Assembly (NCBI RefSeq): GCF_001194135.2
Contig: NC_068987.1
Coordinates: forward strand, 8,180,377 to 8,233,659
Direction: 5' to 3'
Source: Octopus bimaculoides
Lineage: Eukaryota
Length of the DNA: 53,283 bases
Within the stretch, counting starts at the first letter, position 1, and the number at the start of each line of letters is the position of its first letter. The position numbers were made by a program, and so were the translations under genes. Below, in pieces: positions 35,877 through 47,338 of the stretch. The notes under the pieces were generated by a model that worked only from the letters and a program-made list of their open reading frames with translations, was not told where the DNA came from and made no database searches.

Positions 35877-36363
35877 TTTTCCATATATGTACTTCCATAT
35901 ATGTATTTTTCCATATATGTATTNNNNNNNNNNNNNNNNNNNNNNNNNNNNNNNNNNNNNNNNNNNNNNNNNNNNNNNNNNNNNNNNNNNNNNNNNNNNN
36001 NNNNNNNNNNNNNNNNNNNNNNNNNNNNNNNNNNNNNNNNNNNNNNNNNNNNNNNNNNNNNNNNNNNNNNNNNNNNNNNNNNNNNNNNNNNNNNNNNNNN
36101 NNNNNNNNNNNNNNNNNNNNNNNNNNNNNNNNNNNNNNNNNNNNNNNNNNNNNNNNNNNNNNNNNNNNNNNNNNNNNNNNNNNNNNNNNNNNNNNNNNNN
36201 NNNNNNNNNNNNNNNNNNNNNNNNNNNNNNNNNNNNNNNNNNNNNNNNNNNNNNNNNNNNNNNNNNNNNNNNNNNNNNNNNNNNNNNNNNNNNNNNNNNN
36301 NNNNNNNNNNNNNNNNNNNNNNNNNNNNNNNNNNNNNNNNNNNNNNNNNNNNNNNNNNNNNNN

Positions 36364-36422
<59 letters not shown>

Positions 36423-36659
36423 GTTTAATTACTGTATATAATAGTCTATAGAGTTAATTTTGTTCTGTCTGTGCTGAAAATGAATGAGACCCTACAAGTT
36501 TGAGATCATGGTCCCCTTCTTTGTCAGGTCTTTTAGTTCTCTTTTCTCATCATAATTCCCAAACCGTTTTACAGCAAGGCTCACTTTTACCATTTTTTTC
36601 TTTTCTTTTTTATAAATACTTAAACTAATCTAAATTTTGTAGAATATAAATGAATAGGT

Positions 36660-36798
36660 ACAGGAGTGGCTGTGTGGTAAGTAGCTTACCAACCACATGG
36701 TCCTGGGTTCCGTCCCACTCCGTGATACCTTGGGTAAGTGTCTTCTACTACAACCTCAGGCTGACCAAAACCTTGGTAGATGGAAACTGAAAGAAGCC

Positions 36799-36805
<7 letters not shown>
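36660..36805 (+). mobile_element. Family A SINE, 5' half
   Basis: caggagtggctgtgtggtaagtagc...ggaaactgaaagaagccc. Confidence 0.85.
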
Positions 36806-36853
<48 letters not shown>

Positions 36854-36894
36854 AATGTGTCTGTGTGGTCTGTGTTTGTCTGCCGGATTCACTT

Positions 36895-37015
36895 GCAAGA
36901 CTTCGGTCTATCCGGAGTTTTAGTAGAAGACACTTGTCCAAGGTACTGTGCATTGGAACCGAACCCGAAACCACATAGTTGCCAAGCGAGGTCCTTAACC
37001 ACACAGCCATGCCTC
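36895..37015 (-). mobile_element. Family A SINE head, inverted relative to the 36660 copy
   Basis: tagtagaagacacttgtccaaggtac...cttaaccacacagccatgcc. Confidence 0.8.
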
Positions 37016-37134
37016 CATCTATATCTTCCTGCCCATATGTATAATATTATTAACTGAGAATTAGGTCCAGGCTGTTAAACTAAATGTGTGGCAGTGTTTA
37101 GCTTTGCTCTTCTCTATGCTGCTTTTATTTCCCA

Positions 37135-37268
37135 TTAGGGGGGGTTCACTTCGCCTTTTATCCCTCTCTGGTCAATAGAATAAGCACTCTTCATGTACTG
37201 GGATCAATCTAATCAACAATGGCCCTCCCACCAAACCTTTTGGCCTCAGGCCAACATGAGAAATCATT
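37135..37268 (+). mobile_element. Family C 3' fragment
   Basis: ttcacttcgccttttatccc...gtactgggatcaatctaatcaac...ccctcccaccaaacc. Confidence 0.55.
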
Positions 37269-37488
37269 ACTGAGTTAACTGCTTGTGCCAAGCTTATTAT
37301 TTTAGTCTGTTTGACTGTCTCCCTTATCTCTCTCTCTCTCTTCCTCTCTCGCTTTCTCCTACCCCTCTCCCTCTCGCCTAATAATGTGATTGTTTGTTTT
37401 GGCAGCTTTGTTGTAGGATGACAACACCAAGCAATCTTTCTATAGTTTTACTATTGTTTTATAACTAGTCTATATTCTGGTGTTTATA

Positions 37489-37547
<59 letters not shown>

Positions 37548-37896
37548 NNNNNNNNNNNNNNNNNNNNNNNNNNNNNNNNNNNNNNNNNNNNNNNNNNNNN
37601 NNNNNNNNNNNNNNNNNNNNNNNNNNNNNNNNNNNNNNNNNNNNNNNNNNNNNNNNNNNNNNNNNNNNNNNNNNNNNNNNNNNNNNNNNNNNNNNNNNNN
37701 NNNNNNNNNNNNNNNNNNNNNNNNNNNNNNNNNNNNNNNNNNNNNNNNNNNNNNNNNNNNNNNNNNNNNNNNNNNNNNNNNNNNNNNNNNNNNNNNNNNN
37801 NNNNNNNNNNNNNNNNNNNNNNNNNNNNNNNNNNNNNNNNNNNNNNNNNNNNNNNNNNNNNNNNNNNNNNNNNNNNNNNNNNNNNNNNNNNNNNNN

Positions 37897-37927
<31 letters not shown>

Positions 37928-38664
37928 AGTGATACACTGTTGTAGATTCAATCAATTATGCTCTTCTATTACAAAACTGTTCCTATGTCTGAGTCTGCAG
38001 AAATCAATATTAGATGAGAGAAAGAAATTACTATTCGTTTGGTTGAAGTCTGCAATTCTTTCTGATTCTATGTTGTTGAAACTAATTGATTTCTCTTGTG
38101 CCATTAATGACATTTTAGGAAGGCATAAACATCACACCATCTCTTTCCCAGTGTGAAACCCTGAAATCAATACTGGATTCCATGCGGAAGGTCTGTAAAA
38201 GCTGAACTCGGTCCTCTAATTATTTATTTTGACTTGAGTCGTTTTCACCAAACCACAATTGCTATTTCCTGATCATCAGCAAGGCATGAATGTTACACCT
38301 TCGCATTTCTCCTTTCTTTTAAAGGCAGAGATTTCATACATTTCTGAGGAATGCTGTTAAAAGATACCTCAAACACTGGGCTCATTGTTCGCCATTCACA
38401 AACAGTAGCCATTGAAAGCGATCATGCGTGTGTTTCTAATCTGTGAGTATGTAGGTGTAGATGTTTGCATGAACAGTTTTTCAGTTGAACGACTTTCTTT
38501 ATGCTTGCTGTTGAACCAAGAAATGAAAGTAGTCTATATTTTCACAGGAAATCACTGAGGTAAGAAACAAAGCAGGATACCTTGTTGGGTGGACACTTAC
38601 ACATAAAGAATATTTATAATTTATCATCATCACTGCCACCATTCACACTCCTGCATTAGTCTAG

Positions 38665-38953
38665 GCACAGGTGTGGCTGTGAGGTAAGAGGTTTGCTTCC
38701 AAATTATAAGGCTTTGGGTTTAGTCCCACTATGTGGCACCTTGTGTAAGTATCTTCTGCTATAGCTTCAGGCCTGGTGATTGGAGTTGTTAGATGGAAAC
38801 TGAAATGTACAGGGGCAAGGAGACAGTCATACACACACACACACAGAGACACACACGCAGTGGGACTGAACCCAGAACCATGTGGTTGGTAAGACAGCTA
38901 CTTACTACACAGCTACTCCTACGCCTTTGTGCATTTAGAAAAGAAAAGCATGA

Positions 38954-39010
<57 letters not shown>

Positions 39011-39100
39011 ATTGTCTCCTTGCCTGTACATTGCATGATAATTGTCATCCAACCATCTGCAGAAACGTGGGGGAATAATTACCCTATTTGGAAACAAGTG
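38665..39100 (+). mobile_element. Family A-type SINE containing an internally deleted antisense copy (38804-38925)
   Basis: Plus-strand head at 38665-38803, minus-strand head plus partial tail at 38804-38925, plus-strand tail from ~38950. Confidence 0.65.
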
Positions 39101-40394
39101 AATGTCGAATGGCTAGGAGGGTCCACCTGAATAAAACAGGAATCAAAGAGGTTCCATAGGTAAAGAATGGTTGAGAAACATAGAGTAGTAGTTTAGTATT
39201 AGTCAATGGTATCAATTAACCCCCTCCCCTCAAAACTGCTGGCCTTGTATCTAAATTACAAATCATTTGCTGTAGCAAATCTGCCTCAGCAAAATAATGA
39301 TGATGATGATGATAGTTTGTCACACTTGAATTTTGACATGTAGCTCAATCTTAGGGTTTCAGTGTTCTCTGGATTAATGGGTCACTATAAATAGTGGGTG
39401 GCTAAGAAGCTAGTTATTGAAGGTAGAACAATGGGATTGAACCTCAGATCACACAGTTGGAAAGCAGCCTTCTTAACCCCACAGCCATGGCTGTGCCTAT
39501 ATTACATCTGTGCCTTTTCAAGCTGAGTTTGGTTTAACTCACAAGCGGTCCTATCTTGCAGACTTTAATCCTTGTTCTACAGTGCCATGAACAATGGAAC
39601 AAAGTAAAAAAAAAATGTCTCATGAGAGATGGGTTTTGAACCTAAATTAGCACAATTAGTATCAGGTACCAGTATCTGAAATATTTTTGAGAGCTGTTCT
39701 GTTCTGATAGCAGAAGTAGAGCAAGCATCTGTGACTGTCTAAATGTCCAATGAATGGACAAAAGGTGTGTGTGTTGGTCTGTGTGTGTTGTAGAATATTT
39801 TATTTATTCAGTTAGATTTTACTGAAAATAGCATCTGATTTAGAAATTTGAAAAAAAAAAAAAAAAAAGGGGGAAAGAAAGAAAAGAAAAATCATTTAAA
39901 AAGAGAAAAAAAAGAGGAAAAAGAAATAACAAAAGAGAAATTGTTGATGGAATTTGTTTGATTAAAAGACTATTCTAAAGAACTTATTCAGAATGAAGTG
40001 CCTATTGTTGTTATTGTCATTATTATTATTATTATTATTGTTATTATTATTATTATTATTATTGGTAGTGGTAGTGGTGGTGGTTGTGGTAGGAGTACTG
40101 GCGGGGGCAGCAGTGGTGGTGGTGACTAGTAGTAGTAGTAGNNNNNNNNNNNNNNNNNNNNNNNNNNNNNNNNNNNNNNNNNNNNNNNNNNNNNNNNNNN
40201 NNNNNNNNNNNNNNNNNNNNNNNNNNNNNNNNNNNNNNNNNNNNNNNNNNNNNNACATCAGAAGTTTCCTTACCCCCCCCCACCACCAACAAATAAAAAG
40301 TGCATCTTGGAGAAGATGAATAAAATTCTTCAATTATTGTTATTATTATTATTATTTAGGGTAGTGGATCAACTGAGTTTATTAAATAGAGCCT

Positions 40395-40738
40395 TGTGAT
40401 ATTTAGCTGTGCCAATTTACATTCTGAGTTCAAATCCCGTGTATGTCAGTTTTATCTTTCATCCTTCCAGGGGTTCCTAGATCAATTTGCTCATCACATA
40501 CTAATCCCTCCCCTCGAAATTACTGGCCTTCCTACCTAAATTAGAAAATTATATGAGTGCTTTGCAGTATAACTTCTGGCTCTTTACATTCTGAGTTCAA
40601 ATCCCACTTAAGTCCAATTTACCTTCCATCCTTTGAGGCACCAATGAAATAGAGTACTAGTTTAGTATTAGTCAATGGTATCAATTAATCCCCTCCCCTC
40701 AAAACTACTGGCCTTGTATCTAGATTACAAGTCATTAT
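40395..40738 (+). mobile_element. Two tandem degenerate family C-like SINEs
   Basis: Two cattctgagttcaaatccc...ctttcatccttc / ccttccatccttt...ccctcccctc..aa..tactggcctt units (40395-40545 and 40560-40738). Confidence 0.65.
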
Positions 40739-40744
40739 TATAAA

Positions 40745-40905
40745 CAGATGTGGCCGTGTGGTAAGTAGCTTGGTTTCCAACCACATAGTTCCAGGTTCAG
40801 TCCCACTGCTTGGCACCTTGGGCAAGTGTATTCTACTATAGCCTCGGGCCAACCAACGTCCTGTGAGTGGATTTTGGTAGATGGAAACTGAAAGAAGCCC
40901 ATCAT
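40745..40905 (+). mobile_element. Family A SINE, 5' half
   Basis: tggccgtgtggtaagtagc...ggttcagtcccactgcttggcaccttgggcaagtg...gaagccc. Confidence 0.85.
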
Positions 40906-41299
40906 ATGTGTTTTAAAGAACACCAAGTGTCTCGGACTAGGCAAGACGACTCACCCCAAGGTGATCAAGAATGATAGATACAGATATTTCGCCATTGTTG
41001 TCACAATTTATGTTCCTAACACTAGATTAATGATAACTAAGTTATTTTACTAAATTCTTTGTTATATTGAAAGTAATTGAAAGAAACTCAGAATATCTCA
41101 AAATAAATACAGTAATGAAAGGGTTAACACTCAGTATCATGCAGGGGCCTTTTCTTGGATGTTATCCCGCAGCAAATGGGTATCGAGACAAAACAAAAGG
41201 TACTGTGTATATGCAACCAATGATGTTTACATTACTAGTGCTGCTCTCAAATTGTAATTCAACATTATTATCATTGTTACTATGGTGATGATGATGGTG

Positions 41300-41495
41300 A
41301 GCTGGCAGGGTCATTAGCACGCTTTGCTGCTTTTCTTCCCATTTCATGTTCTGAGTTCAAACACCACCGAAGTCAAATTTACCTTTCATGCTTTCAGAGG
41401 TTGATGAAATAAGCACCAGTTGAGCAACTGGGGTTGATGTAAGTGACTAAACTCCCTGCATTAAAATTTCAGGCCTTGTGCCTGATGTAGAAAGG
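41300..41495 (+). mobile_element. Family C SINE, degenerate
   Basis: gagctggcagggtcattagcacgc...gttctgagttcaaacacc...tttcatgctttcagaggttgatgaaataagcaccag. Confidence 0.75.
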
Positions 41496-41899
41496 GTTGT
41501 TGTTGTTGTTGTTATTATTGTTATTATTATTATTATTGGTGTGGTTTCCTACTTCCTTATATAAATAGTTTTTGCACAAACCTGAATTGTCAAAGTTAAA
41601 AGCATGCCATTCCAAAATAAATGAAAATGGTGCTATTTAAGGATTAGTTTCTCGCCCCTCACAATTCATCACCAAAGAGATGAAGAAGTGGGGGGAAAAG
41701 GGTTGGCGTCTGATTATTCCATCACATTAATGTATGTGTCTTCATTCCTTCATTCATTCTTGTTGCAGAAATTGCATCTTGAAGTAAAGAAGAAAAAAAA
41801 CCTGCCAAATATGTTTGGTGAAGAAGAGTGTGAAAGAGTGTGGGGGGGGGGGGAGAAAGAGAGAATGAAGAAGTAGAGACATTAGGTTTAAAGTTACCG

Positions 41900-42091
41900 A
41901 TTTATGTGTGTGTATATGTATGTATGTAGATATTTGTGTATGTATGTTATATATATATGTGTGTTTTGTGTATGTGTATATGTAAGTATATGTGTATACA
42001 CATGTATGTATACATATGTGTGTGTATACAAATGTATGTATGCATATATGTGTTTGTGAGTATATGTACAAATGTATGTATNNNNNNNNNN

Positions 42092-42123
<32 letters not shown>

Positions 42124-42230
42124 AATGTATGTACATATGTGTGTGTGTGTATACAAATGTATGTATATATATATATATATATATACATGTGCATAATTAA
42201 GTGTTATGTGTGTGTGTGTGTGTGTGTATA
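41900..42230. repeat. Complex TA/TG microsatellite region containing a 10-N gap
   Basis: Direct reading. Confidence 0.85.
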
Positions 42231-42849
42231 ATGGTTGCATTGTCAATGAATTCCTTCCAGAGATTTCCTTATCTTGTTAGCTTGAATGAAGTGGTCAGTG
42301 AACACCCCACATTTAAATTACAAGGTTTCCTGTTCTGGTGCTGGTTTATGAGTTAACCATATAACATATACAGGACCTGTGTCTCCTTAAAGGCAACTTT
42401 CTAAAAAAGCAAGTTGCACTTTATTATTGTCCTTATAATTACTGTGTTTCTATGTTGTTGTTTTTTTTATCTCATTGTGTATCTAGTTTATATGTCAATA
42501 TTTGAGATTGTTTTTCCTTCCGTTTAAAAAAAAATATTTATAAACTTTCTGACAAAATTAATCAATGTTATGTCTTGTTTTTTTCTCCTCCACTGCTAAA
42601 CACTGACAATAGTTATGGGCCAAAGTCCCTATGTGGCCTGTTGACCTGTTGCAAATTACAGTTCACTCTCTCTTAAATCACACTGTCCTTCATTAGTTGT
42701 TTCCATCCTTGATTGATGGTATTGCAGAGACAGTAACTTCTTCATTTATTCCATCTGTCTTCATTCACTTTCTTCCCAAACTGTACCTTTCGTTGTTTGA
42801 TAAGTCCTGTGAGTGCTCAACACGGTTTTTGACAATACATGTTGTAGAG

Positions 42850-43148
42850 CAGTGGTTCCCAAAGTGGGCAGTACCACTGCTGCCCTGGGGGTGGGATGGC
42901 TGGATAGACCCAGTGGGGCATTGAAGAAAAATGGGGCAATAATGAGGTGGCCCAAATAGGACAATGGATGTAAGAAAACTAACGAAATAGAGGTTTAATT
43001 AGGTTACCAATCATTTGTGAAATACTGTTGTTTTGGATTTTCTGCAGAAAATGGTCCATGCATGTGAGGGTGAGTGGAGCATGGGGGCACTAGAAATGTG
43101 GTCTTAGAACCTAGGAGGCGGCAGCCTGTAAAAGTTTGGGAACCACTG
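42850..43148. mobile_element. 299-bp hAT-like (Charlie-type) MITE with 8-bp TSD
   Basis: TIRs CAGTGGTTCCCAAA / TTTGGGAACCACTG; TSD ttgtagag at 42842-42849 and 43149-43156. Confidence 0.9.
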
Positions 43149-43359
43149 TTGTAGAGCAATGTTGAGGCAGAAAATGCCTACCACTGTTGCTTGTCTTGTC
43201 AGCATACCAAGTGTAAGAGTCTTTCATATTCTTTGGCTCTTCTGTGCACAGATGGCCTCCATTTGCTGGATTATGTTTTACCAACCCGTGAGGGATAAAA
43301 ATCAATGTTAAATGTGGCAGGATTTGAACTTGGTGTGTACAGATATACTTTCTTTTACT

Positions 43360-43710
43360 TTCTTTTATTTGTTTGTCATTTGCCTGTGGCCAGGACTTAT
43401 TCTTTGTAAGCCTAGTACTTATTCTATTGGTTCTCTTTTGCCGAACCACTAAATTACAGGGGCGTAAACATGCCAACATCGATTGTCAAGTGATGGTGGG
43501 GAGGCAAACACAAACACACAAACATATATATATATATACACATATATACGACGGGCTTCTTTCAGTTTCCGTCTACCAAATCCACTCACAAGGCTTTGGT
43601 TGGCCTGAGGCTACAGTAGAAGATACTTGCCCAAGGTGCTACGCAGTGGGACTGAACCCGGAACCATGTGGCTGGTAAGCAAGCTACTTACCACACACCC
43701 ACTTCTGCGC
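43360..43710 (-). mobile_element. Family A SINE, nearly full length
   Basis: Tail, body, TA spacer and head are all present on the minus strand. Confidence 0.9.
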
Positions 43711-43796
43711 CTCTCTTTCTTTCTCTCTCNNNNNNNNNNNNNNNNNNNNNNNNNNNNNNNNNNNNNNNNNNNNNNNNNNNNNNNNNNNNNNNNNNN

Positions 43797-43833
<37 letters not shown>

Positions 43834-44239
43834 GATTTACTGTGACTACTTTTGCATTTTACTCTTGGACATTCCTCAAACTGCAAGAAAATTGAATATT
43901 AGTGACATAGAGTGAATGATGGAAGAGTTGGCTGCGCTGAATAATGAAGAATGAAATTGTATTAAATATATGATTTATGGTATGAGACATGGAAATGTGT
44001 TTAAATGCATAGAGGAAAATTGGGTGAAGTTGAGGATGGTGGCGGTTGGGGTTTGAGGTTTTAATGTAGATGGATTAGTAAAAGATATTACTCCAAAGGG
44101 TTATAAATTATAAAGCTGGATAGTATTTATATTTGAAAATAAAATACTAGGCTGTAATAAATACTGTTGAATATAGGTACTTTATTGCTAGGATGTGATT
44201 TCCTCTGTTTTAGAAGCAATAATATATGAATGTGTGTTT

Positions 44240-44495
44240 TGTGATATGATAGATTGTACAGTTAGTATCAGTTGATATAAAGATTATTATTGATGAAATT
44301 TATTAAATAACCTATGGCTGAGCAAACTAAAGATAGGTTTTCATATTTCATATTTGTATTTTGATTAATTGATTGTACAGTTAGTAATTAGTTAATATGA
44401 AATTTGTTACTAATACGGTTTAAATAAAAACCTGTTGCTAATGAATTTGCATTTTTATTAATCAATCGTACAGTTAGTGTTAGTCAATGTGTAAT
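44240..44495. repeat. Degenerate tandem repeat, ~2.5 units of ~95-120 bp
   Basis: (g/a)at(t/c)gtacagttagt at ~44252, ~44371 and ~44464; ttaaataa..acct follows the first two units. Confidence 0.55.
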
Positions 44496-44507
44496 TTAAA
44501 GATATAT

Positions 44508-44587
44508 GGTGTGGCTGTGTGGTTGGAAGTCTGCTTCCCAACCACATGGTTCCGAGTTCAGTTCCACTGTGTAGCACCCTGAGTAAG

Positions 44588-44621
<34 letters not shown>

Positions 44622-44985
44622 TTAACGTCTGCTTTCCATGCTAGCATGGGTTGGTTGATTTGATTGAGGACTGGCGAACCAGATAGCTACACCAGGCTCC
44701 AATCTGATCTGGCAGAGTTTCTACGGCTGGATGCCCTTCCTAATGCCAACCACTCCAAGAGTGTACGGAGTACTTTTATGTACCATCGGCACGTGGGCCA
44801 GTCAGGCAGTACTGCCAACGGCCTGACTGGCCCACGTAACCTCAGGTCAACCAGAGCCTTGTGAGGGGATTTTGATTGATGGAAACTGAAAGAAGCCTCT
44901 CGTATATATATTTATATGTGTGTGTGTTTTTGTATCCGTGTTTGCTCCCCATTACTGTTTGACAACTGGTGTTGGTGTGTTTATG
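44508..44985 (+). mobile_element. Family A SINE interrupted by family B within the CORE-like box
   Basis: Head to gcaccctgagtaagt (44587), resuming at ctcaggtcaaccagagccttgtgagg (~44840). Confidence 0.8.
44588..44836 (-). mobile_element. Family B retroposon with long (CAT)n tail on the plus strand
   Basis: (cat)n ttaacgtctgctttccatgctagcatggg...ctggatgcccttcctaatgccaaccac...gggccagtcaggcagtac. Confidence 0.9.
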
Positions 44986-45349
44986 CTTTCAAAATATTTT
45001 GAATGCTAAAGAGTTAAATATATCAATGATATGCAACAGGGACTGTGTGGACCATCAGAGGTTCCACAGTTTTGGTGGTTCACAGTAAGTTTCATAAGCC
45101 CAACACCTCACATGCCAATCTGAAATAAAAATCTCTTAATGGTAAAGTTGTATAATTCATGATAAATTTCTTAATTTAAAAGATTTATGTCTTATTGTGT
45201 TGTGGCGTAATGAAATTAAAATCAAATTTGTATGTGGTGGTCTATGAACTTTTCCTCATGGCTTTTGCTGTCCATCTTTTCATAAAACGTTTTGCTTCAT
45301 TAATTTAGGTTAGAAATAAGACAACATGACGCCATGACATGGCTTATTG

Positions 45350-45692
45350 GCACAGATGTGGTTGTGTGATTAAGAAGCTTGCTTCCCAACCAAGAGGTCA
45401 TTGGTTCAATACCATTGCACAACATCTTTGGCCGACCAGAACCTTGTGAGTGAATTTGAGAGATGGAAATCGTGTGGAAGCCTGTCATGTATGTGTGAGA
45501 GTATTTGTGTTGACCTTTCCCCCTTGCACTTGATAACCGGTGTTGGTTTGTTTATGTTCCCATAACCTAGCAGTTTGACTAAAGAGACCGATAGAATAGG
45601 TACCAGACTGGGGTTGATTTGTTTGACTAAACCCTTTAACGCAATGCCCTAGCATGGCCACAGTGAAGCAACTGACACAAATGAAAGACAAA
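45350..45692 (+). mobile_element. Family A SINE, diverged, full length
   Basis: Head, body and tail ccctagcatggccacagtgaagcaactgacacaaatgaaag. Confidence 0.8.
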
Positions 45693-46446
45693 AGACATGC
45701 AACTGAGGGACACTGGAATTAAAGAAACATTAAATTAATAAATTTGAAAGACTTGTCTGTTGATTCTTGTTCATCCACATCTTAGACCTACTCCAATATA
45801 GAAACACATAGCATACACAACTTAAGAGAAGAAAGTACACCTCACAACGTTATACCAACTCAACAATCTAGAAGTGTGTATCCTATACATATTATTACAG
45901 TAACAATGTAACACATTCTGAGACAACGATATTATGCAATCAAATGTATAATATATGAAATTGATGCAAAATCCTGAAGATGTGAATATATTCGAATATA
46001 AATTATAATAAAATATAAGTTTGTTTAGTCTCAAGTAGTTATTGGTTATGGAAATTGGAAATATGTTAATTTTTTTTTTTTTTTTTTTTTTGCTGTATTA
46101 GAAATGGTTGGCATTCATTTTCACATGAAAATAATGTATTGAATATTTTGATAGTTTATTGGTTTACATGTGTGCACACACACATACACACACACACTCT
46201 CTCTCTCTTTCTCACTCTTTTCCCTCTCTCTCATTCTATCACTGTCTCTCCCTCTCTCTCTCATACACACACCTATACCCACAGGAGTTGTCTATTGGAT
46301 AGCATCGTTGATTTGTTCTGAGAGTCACAGTGCTCGTCAGAGATTGTATTTTTTTTATTAATAATATTATACACAAATACTTTTTGTTTTACACAAGCAA
46401 AATTTTAATATTTATTGAAGTGGAGATAGTATGCAGTATTGTCCTC

Positions 46447-46485
<39 letters not shown>

Positions 46486-46949
46486 CAGCATAATATTGGG
46501 TTTATTTTTCTAACGAAAATAATATAACTTTTCCCATTGGTTCCATAAAATTACTACATATACTGTAAAAACCCATGTAATTTACACACTTTTTTCGCAA
46601 AAATAGAAATAGCCTTTAGCAGGTGCGTAAATTGCATGAGTAGAACGTTTCCAGAATTCTTTTGAAAATTTTTTTTGTTGACCAAAGATGTACAAAATGT
46701 AAACATTTGTACCAGAAGTTTCATTTTATTTATGCTGGACAGTGTAATGCTTGCTTTTTCTGTATAAATTTACTAAAACCATTAAATGCTTAACTACTTT
46801 TTGAAGTCCGACATTCATGCTGGTAAACACGGTCCAGGCCATATTATACTTTGCTTGGAGTTTCTACCTATTGCAATGGAGCACCATTGACATACACAGT
46901 GATATATGGATATTCCTGACTGAAAAAAATGTAATAATATGGAAAATCT

Positions 46950-47338
46950 TGATTGTATGTTTTTATTTTTCTCTGTTTATTACTTGGAACAGTTTTAAGT
47001 TTGTAGTAAAGGCTGTTTGCCAACATAACATGGCAGTCCTGGTTTAAGACTAATGTTGCTTTAATTTAGCCCCATTCGTCCTAAACCAGGACTGCCATGT
47101 TATGTTGGTAAACAATCTTTACTACAAAGTACTGTTGCTGAATATCTCTCGCAGTGAGATTTTAAAATAGTAATTTTCTAATTTACAGTTTTAAGTTTGT
47201 CATACTGTTTACACCAATTTCAAACATTGGCTTCATCAACATTAAAATACCTTCTGGCAGCTCTATTGCTTCGTTCAAATGCATATTCACCATATTCAAT
47301 TTCTCCTTCACAGTAAATAATTCATAAGTTCTGCCCAT
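46950..47338 (-). pseudogene. Decayed pogo transposase N-terminus (Brinker-like HTH DNA-binding domain)
   Basis: From ATG at 47338: MGRTYELFTVKEKLNMV, frameshift, YAFERSNRAARRYFNVDEANV*NWCKQYDKLKTV. This resembles the BrkDBD pattern F.KL.VV.YA...GNRAAAR.F.V....VR.W.KQ. After removing the 47005-47184 insert it continues PSNKQRK. Confidence 0.7.
47000..47128. repeat. Near-perfect fold-back with ~51-bp arms and a 27-nt loop
   Basis: tttgtagtaaaggctgtttgccaacataacatggcagtcctggtttaagac versus gtcctaaaccaggactgccatgttatgttggtaaacaatctttactacaaa. Confidence 0.9.

Noticed and set aside
44240-44495. CRISPR-like repeat-spacer array
   Set aside because: There are only three degenerate cores, the spacers are homologous to each other and uneven in length, the context is eukaryotic and there are no cas genes.
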